A stretch of 63,966 bases of DNA, the filler included, from Octopus bimaculoides (taxonomy: Eukaryota), in the NCBI RefSeq assembly GCF_001194135.2. It is 6 parts of 6 records of this genome, joined end to end, with 100 filler letters (N's around TTAATTAATTAA, not from the genome) between each part and the next. Parts side by side here need not be neighbours in the genome. Positions count along the whole stretch, not along the records: positions 27,240 to 50,878 come from NC_068987.1; positions 50,979 to 57,928 come from NC_068981.1; 4 more parts are not named here. One strand, written 5' to 3'. The stretch's first letter is position 1; the number at the start of each line of letters is the position of its first letter. A program made the position numbers and the translations under genes. The notes under the pieces are model-generated. The model was not told the DNA's origin, ran no database searches, and saw only the letters and a program-made list of their open reading frames with translations. Positions 38,060-52,286 of the stretch are shown here, one piece after another.

Positions 38060-38255
38060 AAACATTAGTACGCCGGGCGAAATGATTAGCGGTATTTCAT
38101 CTGTCTTTGCGTTCTGAGTTCAAATTCCGCCGAGGTCGACTTTGCCCTTCATTCATTCGGGGTCGACAAATTAAGTACCAGACGCGTATTGGGGCCGATC
38201 TAATCGACTGGCCCCCTCTCCCAAAACTTAAGGCCCTTGTGCCTAGGGTAGAAAA

Positions 38256-38258
<3 letters not shown>
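38060..38258 (+). mobile_element. SINE family A
   Basis: gagttcaaattccgccgaggtcgactttgcc core. Confidence 0.8.
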
Positions 38259-38298
<40 letters not shown>

Positions 38299-41200
38299 NN
38301 NNNNNNNNNNNNNNNNNNNNNNNNNNNNNNNNNNNNNNNNNNNNNNNNNNNNNAGAGTGTGTGTGTGTGTGTGTATTTATAATTATCATCAGCTTAAAGA
38401 AAAATCTCTGTTATCGAATACATTATACATTACTTAAAACAAAAGTAAACGTCGTTAATTTAGTGAAGAATGTTTATTGCCACAAGGGCTATATGAAAAT
38501 GTGTATTTGATGGAATTGCCTATCCGATATATGATTGTTAATCAATTCATTGAGGCAAGTTCCATTTAAATACAAAACAGCATAAACGTTTACATGTAAA
38601 TGCGGCTACGGCGTAGTTCGTTTTACACACAACAGTAAAGGATTGTACAACTGTCCTTTCATATATGTGTATATGTACGTATATATATAAATTAAAAGGG
38701 TGGTTTATTAGCAATTAGAACCTAAATTAATAGAGAGTCTAATTAATAGAGGTCACTGACTAGCACCGCTTATGCTAAAATCAGAGTTAAATTTACTCCA
38801 AAGCGACTAACGCATTATGCTTAATGACTGACGAAGTAAGGTAAATCCCTAGCGTATATAGCTGTAACACGATTTCGATTTTGGTGTAGACCACCTTAAT
38901 TCTCATCAGCAGCTATTAACGCCTAGGGCTAAACACATCTTGTTTTGTAAATATGTGCTGATTTTCAAAACGGTAAACGTGTAAACAACAAATTAAAGGG
39001 GTGGCTTATTAACAATTAAAGCCTAAAGGCAAAATTAATACAGGTAGCAAAATTAGAAAGTCGATTTGAATGATAAAAGCATGGAAACTAATAATGAAAA
39101 TAATGTAAGAATTATCAATGGTAATATATTAGTGAAGAGGGCAATAGAAAGGCAGGAATACATATGAATATATGGGGAAGGTTCTAACCGTATGGCAAAG
39201 ACATCTCGACACCCAACTTATTTCGGTTACACTTTTTCATACCAACCTCTAATATTTTTAGATACCCAAAAGCATTCCTACTTCATAATTCCTGTAGTTT
39301 ATTTTTCCAATGATAACGTATTTTATAAGTGTAACAAATTTTACTCTGTATAATTGTTTTTATTACTATATTTAATTCATTTTACTTCAAGTGTCTTGTT
39401 TTAGAGGAAAATATCTAACATGGCATTTTTCTCATCTTCAAAATTTCTTCTTTTCTCTTCTAAGCCTGCATTTTTTTCTTTTACTGCTTCAGTTCTTCCG
39501 CTCTGTTTCCCCTGCCCTTTGCCGAGGATGGACTATAATCTACAGGATAGGTTATTCTGTCGATGCAAGTGTGAGAACAAGAACAGTTTTAAATGTTCAA
39601 CATTAGATTTCAGTTGAGATATGACTTTGGGGATCTGCCAGGATAAGCAAAAGTACATATATGAATACAGGAGGTTGTTGAGTATAACAGAGATTAAGGT
39701 GTCAAAGCCATGTTGTTTCTTTTTATTCTCGTTACTCTTTATATTAATTCTCAAGGTGTATCATAAGTAGTATCTGGAAGTGACAATTAATTCAGTGACA
39801 ATCCTTACCTCTAGCATATTTTATCACCATCGTTACGATGCCACACCTGGTGACTCTCAACAAGATTGTCAGAATTCATTTGAGATTTCATACAATAACA
39901 ATTTTGATATAAAGAGTTCTTAAATTTGAGGTGCGAATTCCAAAGGAACAGACACATTTCATGTCGTTATTGAATTTCGTAGCAGACTTATTTAGAGGTA
40001 TATATTTGAAGTTTCTGACTTTAATGCTTAGAAATACTATCTTCAAACTGTTTTCCCCAGTTTGAATGAGTGTAAGAATTGTGTGTAGANNNNNNNNNNN
40101 NNNNNNNNNNNNNNNNNNNNNNNNNNNNNNNNNNNNNNNNNNNNNNNNNNNNNNNNNNNNNNNNNNNNNNNNNNNNNNNNNNNNNNNNNNNNNNNNNNNN
40201 NNNNNNNNNNNNNNNNNNNNNNNNNNNNNNNNNNNNNNNNNNNNNNNNNNNNNNNNNNNNNNNNNNNNNNNNNNNNNNNNNNNNNNNNNNNNNNNNNNNN
40301 NNNNNNNNNNNNNNNNNNNNNNNNNNNNNNNNNNNNNNNNNNNNNNNNNNNNNNNNNNNNNNNNNNNNNNNNNNNNNNNNNNNNNNNNNNNNNNNNNNNN
40401 NNNNNNNNNNNNNNNNNNNNNNNNNNNNNNNNNNNNNNNNNNNNNNNNNNNNNNNNNNNNNNNNNNNNNNNNNNNNNNNNNNNNNNNNNNNNNNNNNNNN
40501 NNNNNNNNNNNNNNNNNNNNNNNNNNNNNNNNNNNNNNNNNNNNNNNNNNNNNTTATAATTTCTAACCTTAGGGCCTACATGAAAGATTTCGATTTTAGA
40601 TTTTGGTGATATGAATGACTAATATGATCAAACAATATCTTCGATTAGAAAAGATTTGGTGATAGAAGATGTCTTGAATACCGAATTGCTGTTCTTAATT
40701 ACTATATTTTTAAACAAAAGATGCCGTGTAAAATACCTTTCCAAAGAAGCAGTGAAATACTGTCTTCATCGGAAGAATAATGTAAGAAATGATAACTTAT
40801 TAAATGACATCTCGATTTACTCGGATTGATATTTCTCATACATGACTTACGATGGAATGATCTTCAAGACATTTAAATGTGAGATGTGCAGATGTGGACT
40901 GGATTATTCTAACCCTATCAATTTTTGTAATTCGTAAGTAATTTAAATCTTTTGGGGTTGATCCTGTTCAGAATATTTCAATTTAGTTTCAATGGTTATC
41001 ACTTACAGATGTGAAATTGAAACTACAGTCTGACCGGTTTATAGAGGTTTTCTGTCGTATGTGATTAAGCGAAAAGTCGATCCGAGTTTCCTATATTGCA
41101 TACGTTAGCCACTATTTGCTTCTGGAAAATTAACTTTAATGGATATAATATTGTGTGTCAAACGGTATAAGTTCTAATATGGACGTACAGTATACTTGCA

Positions 41201-42249
41201 TTTGGGTAACTGCTTCCATAAATATGCGAAATTAATCTTTGTATTCTAAATGGAATGTATCTATCGAAATATTAACCATCTCATACAACCTTAACAGTGA
41301 TTTTAAATGTAAAAGTGAGAACTTTATCTAATGATAAACTTCTATACGCAGAATCACTTTAGATATATGTTTTCATAAAGAACGTTTTACCCTTAGAGTA
41401 AATGCTAAATATTTATCAATATCATTTAATAGCTGTTAAAGAATTCCAATGAAAATGAGGTACCGTTCAATAAATGGGTATTTCATGAATGCATAGTTAC
41501 GATCTGAATAAATTGCTTATTAGAGTATTCTCTGATGGATTTTTTTTATTAAACAAACATCAATGACTAGAATTACTGACGATATTAGAAATTTTATACT
41601 GTAAATATGCCTAGCAAAAACCGAAAAAAACCCATTTTACATTTGAAAAAGAAAATAAAACTGTTGTAAAAATATGGTAGACAACCACGTAGAAAGAAAA
41701 GCTAAGAAATAAATTTGAGGGGATTTATTGGTCCCTGAGGTAAGTGTTAAAATCCGTAAACAGAAATGATAAAATATATTTGATTAAGCTTCGTTGTTTT
41801 CCAATGGTTTTCTGTAATGAACAAGAGAGATATTTTAGGTATGTTTGGATGAAATTGTTCAGAGTCGTTTTAAAGGATAAGGACGTATAAAATATGTTAA
41901 TTAAAGCATACAATATAAAGAATTATAATGGGACGAGGATCACTAAGAAATTCTTATGTAGAATGGGTAGATGGTGTCGCTGATAATTCGTGCCACTAAA
42001 AGCGGTCTTTCGAGAATGAGCTTAACCATATATACTTTGCATTATGAATGACTGCATCAAGAGTATTTTTCAAATTTAGAAGACCAATATTAATAAAAGT
42101 GTGTCTAAAAATATATATTAGTAGATAAAAGTAACACTAAAATGACAGCTAGGGAGTCTTAAAAATCTATCATACTGTGTTTTAAGTGTTATTAGATGTG
42201 TAGTGAATCACATTTGAAAATCGTTATAGGAGGAATATCATATTTTATG

Positions 42250-42874
42250 GCTCTCTAAAGCAACAGTCAGGTAAAAAGTCAGAGCATATATTGTATTTAT
42301 ATGATATATATTGCATAGATATTAAATGGGTGTGAATTGAAAGCCATATCAGGAAAATGATGTTGGGAGGGAAAGTTCTAAAGAACTGAAATTGCACGGG
42401 AATTATTTGAAGAATCAATCTTAGAACGTGCATGCCTGATTGTGCTGTATACAAAGGAGAACAGTATGTAAAAACAGGTGAAAGTAAATTCATAAAAGGG
42501 GGATATAGAAAAGGTAATTGTGAAATTCATAAAGGCTTTAAATATAGAGATATATTTGTAAAGGTAGACCAAAGCACACAAAAGTAGGACTCTAATCGTA
42601 CAGATGAAAATTTTGAAGTAGTAAAGCGAGTGATGAATAATTTTATATACTTAAGGTTTTGGACTGCGTGACTCTTAGAAAAATACAAGTAAACGTTTAA
42701 CAGATAACGTATATAAATCATTGACAATACGAAAGAGTTGAATAAGTGAAGAAATTAACTATTATATTGAGTGAACTAATATGGAAGAAGACAAAATTGA
42801 CCTAGGAATCTGAGGATGGCTTTGTGTGTGTATGTGTGTGTGTATGTATGTCTCTGTGTGTGTGTGTGTGTGTA

Positions 42875-42918
<44 letters not shown>

Positions 42919-45650
42919 GGACTGACAGGATGAAAGTAAAGAAAGAGCAGCAGGACAATTAAGCATGTGTGTAGGATCAAATTTATAAAGTTTGAAAGAA
43001 TATCATAGAGAATAACTAGTAGCTTTAGAAAGGAAGTTGTAAAAAAAGATAAATAGAGAATAGTAAGCTACTGCAATTCAGAGAGATTCAAACAACCTCT
43101 ATATAAATTCGAGAGTCTATTGCCAATGATATATTGTGTAACGCTAAGGGAGGTAATTCGTATTAAGGAGCAAAACGGTGATAAGATACGGTAGTGACCG
43201 AGTCGTTGTCCGTGACAATGATTTTGAGACGAGTGAATGTAGAAAGATACAGAAGAAAAGGGGAAAGAAAAATAACAGGCCACTGACGTTACTGAGACTT
43301 GAATTATTATCTCTTGCTTTCCCATCACTCTCTCTTTCTCCCTCTCCCTCATTTTGCGTTAGTGTGATATGCTTTTCGAAATGTAACTTAGTATATAAAC
43401 CATTTTTTTCTAATTTTGTTACATGAAACCACTTTTAAATGAAAGAGTTGTATCAATAACATCGCCCATAGTATCCTTGCATATGCATATGTAGGTACTC
43501 ATGCATCTTTTAAATTTTGTTTCAGTCGTTGGATAGTGGCCATGCCGGGGCAGCGCTTTAAAGAGATTAGTCGAACAAATAAATGCTAGTACTTGTTTTC
43601 CTTTTAAATCTGGTACTTATTCTAACATGCTCATTTGCCGAACCTCTACGTTACGTTGATATTAGCAAACAAATATTGGCTGTCAAGTGTTGGGAAACAA
43701 ACCCAACACAAGCACAAGAACACATACAGAACCAACGCCAGCATTATATACATGTATACATGCATACATATATATATATATATATATGGGAGAATATACA
43801 AAAAATAACAACAGACGAGGACAGGTGGTGTAAATAACAAAAGTATATATTAGTATGACGCTCGGGAATACGGAAAGTATATATATGTGTGTGTGTGTGT
43901 GTGTGTATGTGTGTGTGTGTGTGTGTGTGCGTGTGTGTGTATGTGTACAAAGTGAGAGAGAGGGAGAGAAAGAGGAGAGAGAGAGAGAGAGACTGAGCAA
44001 GAGAGACCCGAAGTTAGGACACACTACTCCAAAGTACCCTGCAGTGGGGCTGAATCTAAGATCACATGGTTGCGGGACAAGCTTTGACTCATGCATCTAC
44101 GCCTGTGACTCTCGCTTTCAGTCTGCCTCTCTCTCTGTCTCTCTCTGCATATATATATATATATAGCAAATAAGACAAAATGCAGGGGATACAAAACGAC
44201 ATACATCAGCTGGTAGACATTCCAGTGTGTCTATTTATTCAAAAATGTTAGAAAGTATTAGAAGAGTACATACACATGTAGTAACTATGTGTTACACGCA
44301 CATGTATTAATTAGTATTATACGAAAGTGTTTATGGACGTTTCTATCAAGAGGAAACGGAATCCTCCATGCTATCTCCGTCACTTCAGTGTTCTGTAGGC
44401 ATGGGCAGATAAAGTTTGGACGATGAGTGTGCCTCTAGGCTTCTTCAGAGGGTCTAAGTGGTTAGGAGCGCTAATACATATAATAAACAGTTAACAATAG
44501 GTACAATTTATTTTTCATCATGAAAAAGGGCAGAAAAAAAAGATTAGGAGCAAATATGAGGTTGTGAGAAAAGTACAGCTTATTAAGATGAATTAGGTAT
44601 AGGAAGGGGAAATAAGCTAGAAACTTCCCGCGGTGTATTCCAGGATCCGTGTTACTTAGTCCAATGGTGGATAGGTTAGTGTAGTCGTTCTTGGGAGGAG
44701 TTTTTAAGAAGGGAGAATTTAGGCAGTAGTTCGCATTAAGTTTATATAGAAATTCAGATTATGCTTACATAGAAATATGGTGGTATATTTGAAGGTATTG
44801 TCCGAGTTACGGAAGTGAAAGTTCATATATAAAATGCCAGCTAGTAGGTGCAACGTTGTGGATGGTATGGAATAAGTAGCCTATGATGGTGAACCTATCA
44901 GGGGAAGATTTGGTATATAAGTGTACTAACGGGAGTAAGAAACCAAGTGGTAACTACAGTGCGGTGTTAGTGTTCGTTATTTTTTTACCGATCAGCAAGT
45001 CTCTGAATCTGTTTGTGTAGAGGGGTGGGGGGTCATGGTCAGTCTTACAACGTAATTCATCAGCTATTTTTTTTTATAACCATGACGTGGTTCCGGTTCA
45101 TTGATGGTTAACAGATAAGACAAAGACAAATCAAATACATATATACAAACCATGGCCAGTAAGGACAAGTAAAAGAGGAAAGTACGATTGAAAATAGGTA
45201 AATGAGTAGGTGCAATAACTAAAATAATGGGACTAAGAGAAGAGAATCCTCAAGGACAGCATAAGAAAAGTAAAAGAGTATAAAACGTATAAAATATAGA
45301 AATATAAAACATATATATATCTATTAGGAAATCTACTGTATATGGTTAAACGTAATATAGGAGCTGAATAGGGGATTCATTGTTGCCGGAAGGCAGAAGA
45401 AGGAGCATTTCGTAAATGGGGGCAAAAATTGGTCGGTCCGGAAGGAATTTGGATGTTTGCTTTCCTAACTTAAAGTTATTCAGTGTTAAAACTTATACTA
45501 GTAAGATATTAGAGAGAAAGTATTAAAGGAATGGCACTGTGTTATAGTATTGAACTATTAAGTTAAGTGTTTTATTAAAAAGGGGTAGTTTGAAGAAAAT
45601 GTTTGCATGGATATGTATTAACTGCAGTAATTGTTTTCACCTCAATAGAC
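42250..45650 (-). mobile_element. Highly decayed CR1/L2-like LINE
   Basis: In the expected order on minus: an endonuclease-like SDH-type remnant (about 45020), GQRLGHYRILSP resembling GVPQGSILSP (about 43190), and LFMNLLSPVFTYCSPLY resembling LY..LVRP.LEYCS (about 42470). All are degenerate. Confidence 0.4.
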
Positions 45651-48531
45651 GTCATTGATTGGTTGAAATTACCGAAATACGACAACTTTAACACGAAATT
45701 ACTCTGAAAATAAAGAATTTTCTTAAAAACGCCAATAGTAAATGCTGTTTTAAATGACACATTCTACCAGTATACGAAATTTGAAAGTGTTTGGTTACAA
45801 AAAATTATTTTATCTATGTGCCGGACAAAAGGAAAGGATACCCAAATTTTACTCTTTATTACTAGAAACAGAGCAACTAATGAAAGAGGTAGCCCGATAG
45901 AGTATCGTTTTTTTTTTTAACTAAGTTATTTATTTTAACGAAAGGAATTCGAAAAATATTTGTAGAAAGGATCAACATTTCAAGATATGTGCGAAGTTTT
46001 TTTTAACGTTATATTTGACTAGAAAGGGCTTTAACTAAGAATGAATGCATAATTGACTCTCCCAATTGTTATTAGTGTAACAAACCACAATCAGTATCGA
46101 AATAGTTAACACATGGATAATTTATTTATTTTTTTAATAGAAGAATTTATATAAAAAATTAGAATAATGTTTGGAATGAGAAAAAAGACAAAAAGTATAT
46201 TAATGATTTGCACATTTATTTGTTTCCACCACTTACAGAATAAAAGGAATAAGAGATAGACGTTAGAAAATCTCTCTACATTTATTTCTAACATTTGTAA
46301 ACTTATAAACATTTTTAAAATATTTTTTTTCTGATAATTCTCTCTTTTCTACTATTTTGCTTCCGCAACGTTTTTTTGTTCTATTCTATGCCTTTTTCAA
46401 ACTAAGACTTCTCTTGAGAATAATTCATATAACATATATTTTAGGCATCTATTCCAACGTTTCTCTGACCAAGAATTTAAGTGTAACTTTCCGTGTATTA
46501 TCTAGTACATACCTTAACTTTTCTTTTGATCATAGTTAATTGTTGTTGAAGAATTATAAACACCTTCTTCAAAATTTCATCAACTGTCTCACTGTATAAT
46601 ATCTTTGAGCATTGGCATTTATCCTCACATTTAAATATCTTATAGAATTCGTGTTTTTTTTATACAGTAAAATATATTTTGCTATATATTTTTTTTTTAC
46701 TGACTGTGATAATTTGTAATATATATTTATCAAACGTTGCTTTTGATATCCTATATTGTGTCTTCAATATTACTCTAATATAATTGTATTGAATAGCCTA
46801 GAATTCATAAACATTTAATATTCTACCAGCTTTACGTTGCTTTGTCATGGTTCTAAAGAACTTACTGTGCACATCCTGGAGCCGTGTGGTTTATTGATGA
46901 GGGTGAAACGCTCATGATCATAATATACTGGTTGAATTATGTTCTTGAGGAAAGCACTTAATATCATGTTGGTCTAATTCAGTCAGCAGGCAAATACTGA
47001 GTATCCTGCGACAGACTGGTGTCCAGTAAGAGAAATTTATACGGCACAGAACCCATGAAACTAGCCGTATAAACTTAGTTCTGGAAGGACCTTGGAATCT
47101 TTTATTTTTTTGCTTAAATGCACAAATCAATCAATATACATTAGACATTTAATAAATTTTCTGACATATTTAGATGTAATTCATGGACCTTTACTCAACT
47201 ATATCTAATTAACACATTCACCTAATAGTTTTCTTTATTGTTATTACTTTATTTTCAGTTTACAGCACTTCTCCCGTTATTAACAAATTTATTAAACTTT
47301 ATTTTATTGAATTTCATTTTATATACACCGCTACATCCTTTGTATTGTACTCTTTATATATGCATGTACAGTTTCGAAACATTAGCTTAAATAATAACAC
47401 TAATTATATACCTTCCTTCTAAATAAGCTAATTACGGTGAAACACATTTTTATTTTAACAACCCCTTTCCTTTTACGTTACATTTCTACACTTTCGGTTC
47501 CCGTATGTTTATCTTCGCTATTTCAAAACACGTTGAATGTTAATCTCTATGCTTTCTATAACTATCTCCTTTATTATCAATATTTGGCTAAAAAAAAGAG
47601 TCCAAAACGCAGGACTATCTCTAAAATATTTTTGGAAAACTATTTTCCTAATGTTTATATATATCCTAGCGATAAAACAGTGAAGAGAGGCAAGCAGAGA
47701 GAGGGCGGAGTAAGTGTGAGAGGGAGGGTGGGTGAGGGATTAAGTGAGAGCGAGAGGGAGAGACGGAGGAGAGAATGAATAAATCTGTTTCTCTATCAAC
47801 TACTCATGCCTGTATGTACGTATGTCTCCCATCATAATCTATATATCTGTATACATATATATATCTATATGCGTGTGATATGTATGTGTGTGTGTATGCT
47901 TGTTTCAACCACTGCTTGTTCCCACCGTTTGTTCCCACCATTGCTGTTGATTTGTTTACGTCCTTGTATCCAACAGTTCGGATAAAATAGACAGATATCT
48001 GGCTTAAAAACGTACTAAGTGGGGTCAGTTTGTTCGAATAATCCCCGTAGTTTAATGACTGATACAAGTAAAAGATATAAGTTGCTAGTAAATGCTATAT
48101 GCCTGTGTAATTTATTTGATTTATGTGCACTCACTTTCAACCTATTGCCTTAACTATTCTTTTAACATCTAACAAGGTGTCTCCGCATGTTTTACTCTCT
48201 GATTTCTTCCATTCCCGACTTACAGGAACATTGAAAATGTGACAGGTGAAAGAAAATGCTGAACCTATAGACGATTCGTCGGTTGGTATTCATTTACTGT
48301 TGGGTAAACTAGAACAACGTGATATAATGCGCATTGCCCAATGACAAAACATACAACTCGGTCGTAATTGAATTCATCACATTATGATCGGAGTCTCATG
48401 GCCATGCACCCACACACACGTAACAAATACGTGACCTGGTTTGTGGCGGGGTGCTTTAAACAGCAATTACCGCGGGGCTAACACCTTTTCCGTTCCTCTT
48501 GCAGGCCTCCAAATATAAACGTGAAATGGTA

Positions 48532-48578
<47 letters not shown>

Positions 48579-49483
48579 TTTTTACAAATATATGTATTTT
48601 TTTAATTTTACAAATGCAAGACCTGTGCTGAATTTATTCAGCACAAGTCTTGCATTTGTAAAATGGTTCCATGAAGATAAAATTATATGTTTAAACAGCA
48701 TCTCTTATTCATTTGGAGTAGAGTGCATTCTAATTGTAACGAAAATACAAACAATGACTATAATAAAAGCTACAATAACAAAAACCAAGATAAATTTATA
48801 TTTGTTTTTGTTCTTGATTTTGGATGTAGAGCACATTTACTATTTTTGCCATGAAGGATCGTTTAACTAGATCTTCGTTTTTTTTATGTATCATTTATTT
48901 GATAATTGCTTTTTTTTCACTCTTATTTTTGGTCTTCTAGTAACGAGATATACAATAAGAACAAGGATAGTAATCCTTCTCGTGCAAAATAATTTGGACC
49001 GTTAGATCTGGAGACGCCAATTTTGCTAAAAAAAGAGTCCAAAACACAGGACCATCATAACATCTTTTGAAGTCTATAGAGAACCATAAAATATAGAATT
49101 TCTTTTTGAAGAATAATTTATGGCGCGTTTGTGCGCCGTTTCGGTTCCAGGGCCCCACGAAAGTGATACAATTTCGAAAAAAAGGATTTTTGTATGGAAA
49201 TAAAATCCTTAATTATCCTTAATTTGGTGTTAATCAATCCGAACTTATTTCATTTAATATTTGATTACTCTGCTTATCTGCCTCAGAGGTGCGAATGATA
49301 CAATTTCATGGAAACTACCTCTCTTAATATGACTATAACAGGATTTAATGAAGTGGGTGTACATTGCTGTTATCAGATATCGTTTTCTTCCAATTCTGTT
49401 GATATTTCCGATTTCGTTCTATTCAGATTATATTTTAACATTGATTATCTTATATGCCACTATATATGAAACAAATATTGATT

Positions 49484-49698
49484 TCAAATTTGACACAAGG
49501 CCCGAAATTTAGGAGAAAGGGACAAGTCAATTACATGAACCCCAGTGTTCAATTGGTGCTTCTTTTATCGACCGCGAAAGAATGAAAAACAAAGTCGATC
49601 TCAGCGGATTTTGAACTTAGAACATTAAAAAAAAACGTACAAATTGCGGCTGTGCATTTTGCCCGATGAGCTAAGAATTCTGCCAGTTCCCTGCCTTA
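49484..49698 (-). mobile_element. SINE family A (reverse orientation)
   Basis: Reverse complement of the same head and core. Confidence 0.7.
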
Positions 49699-50844
49699 TC
49701 AAGCTCGGCTGAAATATTGGCTGACAAATGGATTGTCTTAAAACTGGTATCAAACGAAAATCATGATTTTAATTCTTTTGCGATTTAAATTATACAATAA
49801 AGTTTTCACGGAGTTGAAACTGACCCGAATAAGGATGTAGATATATCTAATTCTTTAGAAAAAAATTCTGCAATGAATTCGAAATTGGTATCAACAATTG
49901 CAATAATGTTCCAGGAATACGTTTGGAAGCGCAGACTACAATGCAGCATCAAATAGACAAAGAGAGAGAAATTATGATGTAAATCCAGCGTCAGTTCCAG
50001 AATAATTTGTCTTTACCCTAATCGAAAAAAAAAAAAAATGAAAAAAAAAAGAAAACAGACTCGCATCTAAGTTTTGATGTATTTGTCATTTGAATAATTT
50101 CGAACAATTGCAAGAGAAACTTCAAGTCATACAAAGTTTATGTAATTCACGTGATGCAGAGATAAGAAATGAATCTGAAAAATTTATCCAAGATTTCCCA
50201 ATGTGAATTTCTTAATGTGTTCACAGAATAAAATATCCCATTTGAGGTCTTGTATAAGCCCTGTTCATATCCCTCTGCATCTCAATAGGTTGATTTCACC
50301 CATGTTGAAGTATTTGATGAAATCTTTACCAGTGATTATGTCGGCCTAAAAATGTATGTGAACTCCATGTTCATGAGATGCTCATGAGATGACATTCATT
50401 ATATTTGGACTCATAAAAATGATCTAAGAACAGAAATGACTTCCGTGATACCAAATGTTCCATGACTTCGAAATGTAGAAAGGAATCGTCTCAATATGCT
50501 ACAGTTGGGGTTCATTAAATATTTTTGAGATGCCAAGCGTAAAAGAAAAGATTTTTCACAGGTATCGGTGCAGTGTATAGCTCTAAGCTTCTAAAACTTG
50601 CTGCACTTATATTACACGATAAACGTTTGTATTGAAACTTTGTGTGCTAACTAGTCACTGCGATTTATGTGCAATAAACAGACTATGAGATGAAAAGTTG
50701 GTGCTTTGAAGTGTGACTTTATTGTTTGCCAAGCCTCTGCAACGAGCCTGTTGTTTTATGTAAATGTGGCCCTGGGTGCCCTATATGCCATAATGTTTAT
50801 GTCTAGTGTCTTGTGCCCATTAAGTAATATACGCAGTTACACAC

Positions 50845-50878
<34 letters not shown>

Positions 50879-51078
50879 NNNNNNNNNNNNNNNNNNNNNN
50901 NNNNNNNNNNNNNNNNNNNNNNTTAATTAATTAANNNNNNNNNNNNNNNNNNNNNNNNNNNNNNNNNNNNNNNNNNNNATATATATATATATATATATAT
51001 ACACATGCACATACATACATACATATATATATATATTTATATATATATATACATATATATATATCGCGTTTAAGTTAG

Positions 51079-51452
51079 TTTATTCAATCGACAAACATTG
51101 TAAAGGATAATAGGTAAAGACCTCCTTCGGTCATGAATGACCGTGGGATTGCACCTAGAAAGTTACCCTCTGAGGCACAAGTCCGAGCAAGATTGTGTTC
51201 TGGAAGCCCAGCAACCGTCCATGCATAACAGCCTCCCCTCACCACGCCATCGATATTATCCAAGAGAAAGACAAAGACCGATACAGCTTGGCACCAGTGA
51301 CGTCGCAACTCATTCCTACAGCTGAGTGAACTGGACCAACGTGAAATAAAGTGTCTTGCTCAAGAACATAACACACAGCCGGGTCCGGGGATCGAACTCA
51401 CTACCTCATAATTGTGAGCACGATGCTCTCACCACTGAGCTATGCACATTCA
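51079..51452 (-). mobile_element. tRNA-derived SINE, another family
   Basis: Minus-strand head gctcagtggtgaga...gagttcgatcccc followed by caagacactttatttcac. Confidence 0.7.
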
Positions 51453-51852
51453 TCAGCAAACATTAGTCGAGTGTTATTTTACTATAACAAAGATTTATAT
51501 TTAGATTACTAACTATTATAGCAGCTGTTATTTCATTTTTGGTGCGGGTTGATACCGTCCTATAATTAAACATCGTCCTATAATTAAACATCGGTTGGTA
51601 ATGTAAGTAAGCTCTCTTGTAAAAGTATCATTTAATAAGATTTCAAAATCTTACAAACTAGTTTGGTGCTAACAAATACACCAACAATTACAAAAGTATA
51701 AGGCACAGTATTTTTACTGCTTCTCGTCTTGCAAAAAAATCTCTCAGATATTGCTATCTTCAGTTATATCCAGTCGCTTGTTGGTTCGTTTTTATTCAGC
51801 GCAGCGATCCGATTTCTCTACGTAACTCGTCGTGTCAGAGTCACAGCGTCTC

Positions 51853-52286
51853 AAGGCGGCGAGCTGGCAGAGACATTAGCACGCCGGGCGAAATGCTTAG
51901 CGGTATTTCGTCTGTCTTTACGTTCTGAGTTCAAATTCCGCCGGGGTCGACTTTGCCTTTCATCCTTTCGGGGTCGACTAAATAAGCACCAGTTATGCAC
52001 TGGGGTCGATGTAATCGACTTAATCCTTTTGTCTGTCCTTCTTTGTCCCCTCTGTATGTAGCCCCTTGTGGGCAATGAAGAAATAAGAAACGTTAGCACG
52101 CCGGGCGAAATGCTTAGCGGTATTTCGTCTGCCGTTAGGTTCTGAGTTCAAATTCCGCCGAGGTCGGCTTTACCTTTCGTCCTTTCGGGGTCGATAAATT
52201 AAGTACCAGTTGCGTACTGGGGTCAGTCTAATCGACTGGCCCCTTCCCCAAAAAATTTCGGGTCTTGTGCCTAGAACAGAAAAGAG
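51853..52286 (+). mobile_element. Two head-to-tail SINE family A copies
   Basis: aaggcggcgagctggcag...acgccgggcgaaatgcttagcggtatttcg head repeated at about 51880 and 52090; a further partial copy lies at 56495-56584. Confidence 0.85.

Noticed and set aside
44628-44665. Plus-strand GVPQGS-like RT motif (ggtgtattccaggatccgtgtta)
   Set aside because: Needs a frameshift and has no neighbouring RT motifs on that strand; the other remnants point to the minus strand.
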